From a virus: 64,000 nt of DNA. Each line of letters starts with the position of its first letter. Position 1 is the stretch's first letter. A program made the position numbers and the translations under genes. The notes under the pieces were generated by a model that did no database searches, was not told the origin of the DNA, and was given only the letters and a program-made list of their open reading frames with translations. Where the stretch lies: the IMG/VR virus record IMGVR_UViG_3300010354_000044, positions 64,001 through 128,000 of that record, one strand, 5' to 3'. Positions 1-7,400 of this stretch are shown piece after piece.

Positions 1-92
1 TGGGAGCTAGTCTCCCGGTTAGAGGTAACGTATTGCGGTAAACCCGCAATACGGGCGACCTATAGCAAGGTACGCCCTAAATAACCAGCCAC

Positions 93-118
93 CGACCTGA
101 CACCACGGTCGTTAAATA
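93..118 (+). promoter_or_regulatory. Class I element copy 1 (yGACy-N9-rGTCr-TTAAATA)
   Basis: CGACC-tgacaccac-GGTCG-TTAAATA; same architecture at 212, 658, 1325. Confidence 0.65.
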
Positions 119-211
119 AAAGGTGACGCCGAGCCCGAGGGATTGTTTATATCCATAGCGTGGTGCCTGTGCAATTCAGGCTTAAATTGGCGTGCCGGTT
201 TGAATCCGGCG

Positions 212-272
212 TGACTTTGCCAGGTAGTCATTAAATATGCCCGGACGGTTTGCCTAGTCCGCGAAAGCTAGG
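212..272 (+). promoter_or_regulatory. Class I element copy 2 plus CGGTTTG and leader hairpin
   Basis: TGACT-N9-AGTCA-TTAAATA-N8-CGGTTTG-CCTAG..CTAGG, then SD GAAGGAGG before ATG 299. Confidence 0.7.
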
Positions 273-298
273 TTAGTTTATCCCGAAGGAGGGAAATT

Positions 299-526
299 AT
301 GGGCCTCTTTTACGCCGCTGCTACCCGGTGTTCCTGTGGCGATTTTGTGCTTGTCTGGAACGAGGAGACGGGGGTTCAATACCCCGTCCACAGATCTGTG
401 CCCAAAGATGGGCACTGGTATAGATTAATCATCGTTGAATACAACGAGAGCCATCTGTACAGATGGCTTCGTCGGGATTATATCCCGGGGGTTCAGTTCC
501 AAGAATTCCAGGGTGTAGAAGAATAA
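299..526 (+). CDS. Hypothetical early protein, 75 aa
   Basis: Strong SD (GAAGGAGG) and shared leader element. Confidence 0.75.
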   Translation: MGLFYAAATRCSCGDFVLVWNEETGVQYPVHRSVPKDGHWYRLIIVEYNESHLYRWLRRDYIPGVQFQEFQGVEE

Positions 527-539
527 ACCCTGGAATTTA

Positions 540-752
540 AACTCTGTCTAAGCTGCGCCAATTAATCTAATTCTGCTTTGCAGCCTAGGCAGAGTTCTAT
601 TCGCTGCGCCTGTCGCCTGCCCCTGTAGGCTACTTGCGCAGCTATTTAGTCAATCCATGACCCAGACATAGGGTCATTAAATATATATGTCCGGTTTGTC
701 CAGCCCGTCCAAAGCTGGATTACTCACCTATTCCCAAGGAGGGAACATCATG
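540..752 (+). repeat. Intergenic module, diverged duplicate of 1181-1419 (hairpin, GCTGCGCC boxes, class I element copy 3 at 658-719, SD)
   Basis: Shared TAAGCTGCGCC, GCTGCGCCTrTC.CCTGCCCCTGT.GGCTAC, TGACCCAGA..GGGTC.TTAAATA, CGGTTTGTCCAGCCCG.CCAAAGCTGGATTA, TATTCCCAAGGAGGGAACATCATG. Confidence 0.85.
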
Positions 753-1175
753 AGTTTAGTAATTCGGAATATGCCAGCCCACACCGCGTGGGTTGAGTAT
801 CAACGGGCCATTAAGGCTCTGGAGACCCGGTTGGCCCAAGAAGGGCTCCGTAGGTATACCTACGGATGGGATACGAAGCTCACGGAAATAGCTCCCCCTA
901 CGGAGGGGGAGCTTTGGTCTTGTAACGAGGACCTGGCTGCCTACCTCCACGAGATTGTGGAGCTATATATCCCGGAGGAAGGCCTCCGGGGGCCGGATAA
1001 GGCCAGATTAGTACTCAGACTTCAGGCGTTAAGGGCGCTTGGGGTTAAAGCCCCACCGGGCAATGTATATAGTATTTACAGGTTGCTAGGGGGCGAAGGT
1101 CCCCCTGCCCAGAACTTGAAGCTCCGCCTTACGGAGCTCATAAACTTCCTGGAACGCAACGAGGAAGTTTATTAA
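750..1175 (+). CDS. Hypothetical early protein; start moved to ATG 750
   Basis: AAGGAGG SD immediately upstream; the ORF-track N-terminal extension is just the translated leader repeat. Confidence 0.8.
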   Translation: MSLVIRNMPAHTAWVEYQRAIKALETRLAQEGLRRYTYGWDTKLTEIAPPTEGELWSCNEDLAAYLHEIVELYIPEEGLRGPDKARLVLRLQALRALGVKAPPGNVYSIYRLLGGEGPPAQNLKLRLTELINFLERNEEVY

Positions 1176-1180
1176 CTAGC

Positions 1181-1419
1181 AGCCGGAGTATAAGCTGCGC
1201 CTATTGGCTGTATACACGCAGTTTCTACTCCGGCTAAGTGGGTGTGTCTGCTGCGCCTATCCCCTGCCCCTGTCGGCTACCTGTAGGACTATTCCTACTT
1301 ATGGCTGACAGGGGCATTTTGCTTTGACCCAGATATGGGGTCGTTAAATATACGTATTCGGTTTGTCCAGCCCGCCCAAAGCTGGATTAGTAAATTATTC
1401 CCAAGGAGGGAACATCATG
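1181..1419 (+). repeat. Intergenic module copy 2 with class I element copy 4 (1325-1386)
   Basis: See 540-752. Confidence 0.85.
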
Positions 1420-4400
1420 GCTATTTTGACCATTCTTACCGTTACCGCTACTATCTCAGCCTCCGCCCCTGGGGCTAAGCCCAAAGCGCGTAAGCGCCCC
1501 AACCGTGCTGCACAAAAAGCACAGCAACGCAGGGCCGCATTCTTACGTCGTAAGCGGCAGTCCCGTAATGGGCGCCGCCCATTCCATGGGGTGCGGTATT
1601 GTAATATTGCTGATAGGCCCAAGGCCCGTCAGCAGAAGTTTTGGGCCCGTGCCCGTAAGCTGGGAGTTGCCAGGGAGGTAGCCCACCTCCTATGGATGGG
1701 CGACGACTTAGGCGCCAGGCGCGTCCTTAAGGAGGCCCGGCGGCGCTACCAAGTAAAGCGTAGCCTTGTGCTGCGCACCCCGGTTGATAGCCGGGGGGAC
1801 GAAGCTTTACAGGCCAGGCCCAGTCTAAAACCCTCCACCGGGAGGGTATTTGAGAGGGGCACTAAAGGGAAACCCCCACGTAACTGGGGGTTGACGAAAA
1901 AGTCCCAGCCAGAGCCTAGCTGGCGGGACTTCCTTGTTAAGGCTAGGGAGGTTCACCGGGACATCCTAGCTGACCTGGTTAGGGTCGTGGGTGGGGAGCC
2001 TACAGACACCGTTGTCTGTATGGCCCAAACCCCTCCTCCCCCTTCCCCCCAAGGGCGGCAGTCTACCCTCCAAAGGGTAAATGGGCTAGGGCTACCGTTT
2101 GAGCTGTCGGAGGACCAGCTCACCGCCCTAGACAAGATGCTGGCGTTCGCAGAGAGCCCGGCCCGTGGAGGTACCTTTACCTTAGAAGGGTACGCGGGTA
2201 CAGGTAAGACTACTTTGCTACCTATTTTCCTACGGTTACTGCCAAGGAATATCCGGGCGGCTACCGCAGTAACCGCGCTCAGTAACAAGGCGGCGCGTGT
2301 ACTGTCTGAGAAGCTACGGGGCCAAGGTTTACGTGTAGAGGCTTCTACCATTCACAAGCTTCTAGGTATTAAGGCTATCAAACAGAATGCAGAGATTCAG
2401 TTTGATAGGGGAGGGAGCTGCACTATCAGCGAAAACTTGCTCGTTATCGTAGACGAGGCGTCTATGCTGGGCGAGGTCTTATGGAACCATATGACTTCCT
2501 ACTTCAAGAGCATTAAGTTCTTATTTACAGGCGACCCAGCTCAGTTACCGCCTGTTAACGAAACTGGGGCTCCGTGTTTTAGCTTGGCTGATGACTATGC
2601 CAAGTTGACTAAGGTCCTTCGGCATGGCGGTCCAGTTCTACGTGAGTCAACGCTAGTCCGTGACCTGGGGCATGGTACTTACCACCCGGCTCAGTCGCTG
2701 AGTGAAGGTAATAACGTCTTCTGTTATCAGCACATTAACTGGTTTAAGGTCATTAGTGGGTTGGTAAGTGACCCTGAGAAGTGGGCCAAATTTACCGATG
2801 ATCCTAACTTCTTTAGGATTGTGGCCTGGCGTAACGCTAGGGTTGCTGAGCTAAATACCTATGTCCGCCAACTATTGCACGTAGGGAAAAAGCTGGAGCG
2901 TTTCATGGTGGGGGACCTTGTCATATTAGACGCCCCGTATGAAGACCTCTTTACAGGGGATGAGTTTTGGGTACGTGCTGTAAATAATGGCAAGGTTGAT
3001 GGCTGGAATTGCCTGGAGATTACCTTGGAACCGGTGCATGATGCAAAGGCTGAAACTATAGTACGAGTGCTTGCTGCGGAGGAAGCAAGCCGGTACAAGC
3101 AAGAGTCAGACCGGTTACGTGAACTGGCAACACAGCATGTTATTCCTTGGGCGGAGTACTGGGCGTTGCAAGAATTATTCGCAGGGCTCAGTTATGGCTA
3201 TGCTATGACAGTCCACAAGTCTCAAGGGTCTACGTTTCGTAACGTTCTGGTGGACTATAGCGACATCAAGTTATGTAGGGGTCTTGAGCTTAATAAGCTT
3301 ATCTACGTAGCTATAAGTCGTGCGTCTAAGAACGTCATTATGAACGTAGGCACGAGTCCCATTTATGAGCGGGTGAAACCTGCCGGGGAAATTGATACAG
3401 GACCGCCGGAAATACCAGAACCCCCGGTGGTGAATGCCCAGGAGCCTGTGGTAGAGGAGGCCCCGCCTACCTTGCCAGAGGAAGAGTCTGTTGCTGAGGT
3501 AGGCGCGAGCGTCTCTATTGCTGTTGCTCCACAAGAGCCGGCAGTAGAGGAAACTCAGGCTGCGCCTATTAACACAGGGCAGCCTGTGACGGAAACAACC
3601 ACGAAGGAGGAAACTATGTGGTTTGTAGAGATTGACGTAGCGGAACTCACGTTCTTTGCTACAAAGACCAATCATGCGGGTACATTCCCCGTCAACGGTC
3701 TAGAAGTCTTTAAGAAGGGCTTGCTAGGCAAGGGGTATAAGCTTGTGGAAACGCAAGTAGGCCCCGAAGGGGAGGAGCTTAAGCTCGTCTACGCTAAGCA
3801 GCCGCCTACGGCGCTTGGTGGAGAACGAGCCCCGGCTGACCCGCCTGACCAGCCGTTTGCTTCTGGCAACGTAGCCCAGTTCAAGCAGACGGTGCTGAAC
3901 TTTATTGCTCAGCGACTCGGGAAGCTGCACCAGCAGTATCCCGAGTCTGGTATGCGGGAGTTGATCGTCCGCATGACAGAGGCGATTAACTACAGCCCGC
4001 GGGATGCCTTCTTCGCCGCTCCGCTCAGTGACATGCTAAGTATGTGGGTATTTGAGGCGACCCACTCTAAGGAGCTTGGTAACCGGCCTATTCCGGTTAT
4101 TGAGAAGGAGGCTTACTACCTCTCTGGTAAGTGCCTCACTGGGCGCCCGTCGCTGATCGGAGACTTGGACCTTCTGTTGAGCCGCCAACGGCTTGACATT
4201 GAAGGCGATAGTTACCGCCTGCGGTATCCCATTGAGCAGGTAGAGGCGGCGATACTGGACGCTGAGGGCCGGGATCTCTATGAGGGTTACCGGGTTATCC
4301 TCAGCGAGGGTATCAAAAGCCACGCTGTCCTCAATGGTAACTTCCCCCACCTAGGGGTTGAAGTTGAGGATATGGCGGCAGCGCTGACTGTCCACCAGCT

Positions 4401-7400
4401 AGCGCCCAGTGCCTTTAGCTATGGCCTGCCTATCGTCAAGGCTGTGCTTGCAGAGCACCTGGCCGAGGTGCTTTGTCAACTTGGCTATAGCGAGGCTGTA
4501 GCAGGGATGGTAAGCATCCCTGCTGGGTGGAATCTGCCTTGCCCGCAGATGACTGTCGCTAAGCTCAAGAATATGCTTGAGTACATTAGCGACGTGTTCT
4601 CTTCTTTTGGTATCAAGGATTACGAGTATATCTCGTTGAGTCCTGATGCCACGGAGGAGAAGTTCACCGTGTACATCTGCGGCATTGAATTTGCCGTGGA
4701 TGCTCAAGGTGTAACCTTGGTTGACGCGCTGAATCAGAAGGCCATATACGCCACGTATATGGCCCTTCCTATTTGCCATAGAAGCATCCGGGAGGATGAA
4801 GGCGCTTTGATGAGCCCTCACGCGGTCTTCGCCTATATGCTAGCTGAGGTTGTCTTGCCTCTGCTAGTTCGGGTAGACCGTGATAGCTACCGGAATAGGC
4901 TGGTAGGTAGCAATGTCATGCAAACCTACTTCCGAGTAGCTGGGGCGGTAAACACGTATCTTCGTAATTACGTGTCTATTGACCTCCGTTCAGCTACCAT
5001 CGGTGAGCTAGACGACGCAGCAGAAGCCCGCAACCGGGGTGTCGTGGCAGTAGCCTTGAACTACCCCCGCTCCCTATACCGGGATGCTCTGCCTTCAGAG
5101 GTCAAGTCTGGCAATGGATTCTCCATGCTTAACGTAGGCCTTATGAAGGGAAACATCTACGTTGGGGGTGGCAAGGCTATGCCTTCTGAGCTCAGCGTAG
5201 AGGAACGGCAGAACCTAATCCTTGAGCGCGCTGCGCTTAAGACTTTGGGTTACGCTAACACTCAAGTAGTCCACAAGCGGATGCTTGAGCTCGGCTTCTG
5301 CCAAGAGCCGTTCGGGCGGATGACTGTGGTATCGCAGGACATCCATGGCATTAACTTCACAGGTCAGAAAGAAGCTGTGAAGGACTTCTGGGAAAGCCAG
5401 GGCGTCGTAGATGTCATGGAGGTGGCTGCAATCCTAGGCTGCAGAGCAGACTGGACGGAGATCGCGCGAGAAACTTTCGTCGCGTTGTCCAATAAGGGCG
5501 CTAAGCAGCTCAAGCGGACGGCCAACTTCTACCACAATGGCTGTATCTTCATTAGCCAGGCGGTGCAGGCGGCTCAGACCAACGGGGTCTTCAATGAAAT
5601 CAAGGCACTGGCTGTTAAGGCAATTATTGCCAACAGTGCTTTATTCGGTGGCCCTGGTATGGTTTGGGCTAACAAGCAGAAGATTCAGGACATGGGCATC
5701 CGGTACCGCACCGGTGGCCAGGTCTATGAATTCAGCTCCGAGAGTCAGCTGTACTGCGAAGGCTTCGCTTATGAAGCTCAGCATTATAACGAGCACTCCG
5801 GCTGGAACAGCGTGGAGCCTGTAGACCTCCATGTTGTAGAAGGCCGGCCCTTCGGCTTGCTCATCAAGCACGACGGGTACGAGGCAAACATCTCTGCAGA
5901 GCAGAGTGGCCAGGTCACTAAGATCATGTGGCGCTGGGTCACGAAGTTCAATGCCGAGGTGATGGAACTCCGGCTCATCTATGATAAGCGGGAGTATGGC
6001 GCCTTTAAGATCCGTAATGGCTACAAGGGCCTAGTTGCCTTCGTTGAGCCTGAACTGATCGGCAAGGGTGCTGACCTGGTTATCTTCGGGGATGCCAATA
6101 AAACCATGGACATTCTCTACTCCCGCCTACGGGAGGCCGCAGAGAGCTTCGTCCGGGTGCCCCGTGGAACTACCGTTACCCTTAACGGTAAGGACTATGA
6201 TCTCCGCGAGCTGCTGCGTTCATTGAACCAGCAGGCTGGTCCGGCCATGGGTATGGCTATTGAAGACTATGACAGGGATGATCGCCTGTTCATTGACTTC
6301 AAGCTGTTGGCTAAAGGCGCTTACGACATTGTAGGCGAGCTCTTTGAAGCTATCTTTGGCCAGTCCCACTGGTTCCGTTTTGATGGGCCCGACCTGGTCA
6401 AGTTCACGGCCCAGTATTACGGAGCCAAAGCGGAAGCCAACGAAGGCTGGCGTAAGCTGGTTCCTGCTGAGCTTAAGGGTCTAGGCTACCCGAACGCCGT
6501 CGGTTTTACCGATGGTAAAGTAAATGACCCGCATAGCAATGTGCTGGTTGTTGAAGAGGGTGTCGTGCACCACCGTTCCTGGGTCTATGCCGCTAAAGAC
6601 GGTATTGACCTGTATGTTCCGATTAAGCCGGAATATACCACCGTCAGCCAGAACGTGAACTATGCACCTTTGGCTCTCGGCCCTATTGTAGACCCCAGTA
6701 TCCCGACTGAGGTGGCCCGGGAGCTCATCCATGCTGGTGAGGCCAATCGGACCAAGTACACGCTTCTGCATATTTTGCGGAAGCATAGCCTGGGTCCTGT
6801 GGCGTTCACGATGGGTGGCGTTGAAGTGCAGACCGTAACTCTGGCTAGCACGGATACGTTTGCTGGCTTCTTTGGTGAGCATACCCAGATGCTTCAGCAC
6901 AAACGGGCCCTCAGCCGCACTAGTTTTGTACGCGCACTCTGCAACCTATTGCAGACTAAAGTGCTGTGCGTGGAAACTAGTAGATGGACCGAGAGTGGTA
7001 GGGTGATGGCTAACATTTACCTACCTCTGTTGTCCAGCTTTATCATCGGCTCGCTGGATGACCATGCCGATGAGAGCAGCCTCGCGGGTAATGCCTTCAT
7101 GTTCTTTGACATGTGGGCCGCGGGTGAATCGCTCAGTAGCCCAGCCATGGTCAAGATTGCAACTACCATAAGCAATCTGATCAGCAAGCTCTGCGACGGT
7201 AATCGTATGCAGAAGCAGCTGACCTATGGTCCTACCGCTGTAGGTGCGAAGTTGGGTGCATTGCCCATTATCCCCACTGGGGAGCTATGGGTGCTGCGTG
7301 GTGGCGAAGTGCATCGTCGCTTGAAAGTGCGCTTTGGCGATGCCATTAACAATGGCTACGTCATGATGGTGCGTGCGCCTATGACCCGTTCTTGCATCTG

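Noticed and set aside
1363-1416. Shared N-terminal peptide SSP.KAGL..YSQGGNI in ORFs 687 and 1363
   Set aside because: Translation of the duplicated leader; SD-supported starts are 750 and 1417
3346-3615. Intein between helicase and polymerase
   Set aside because: No C/S start or HN-C/S/T end motifs; low-complexity Pro/Glu linker only
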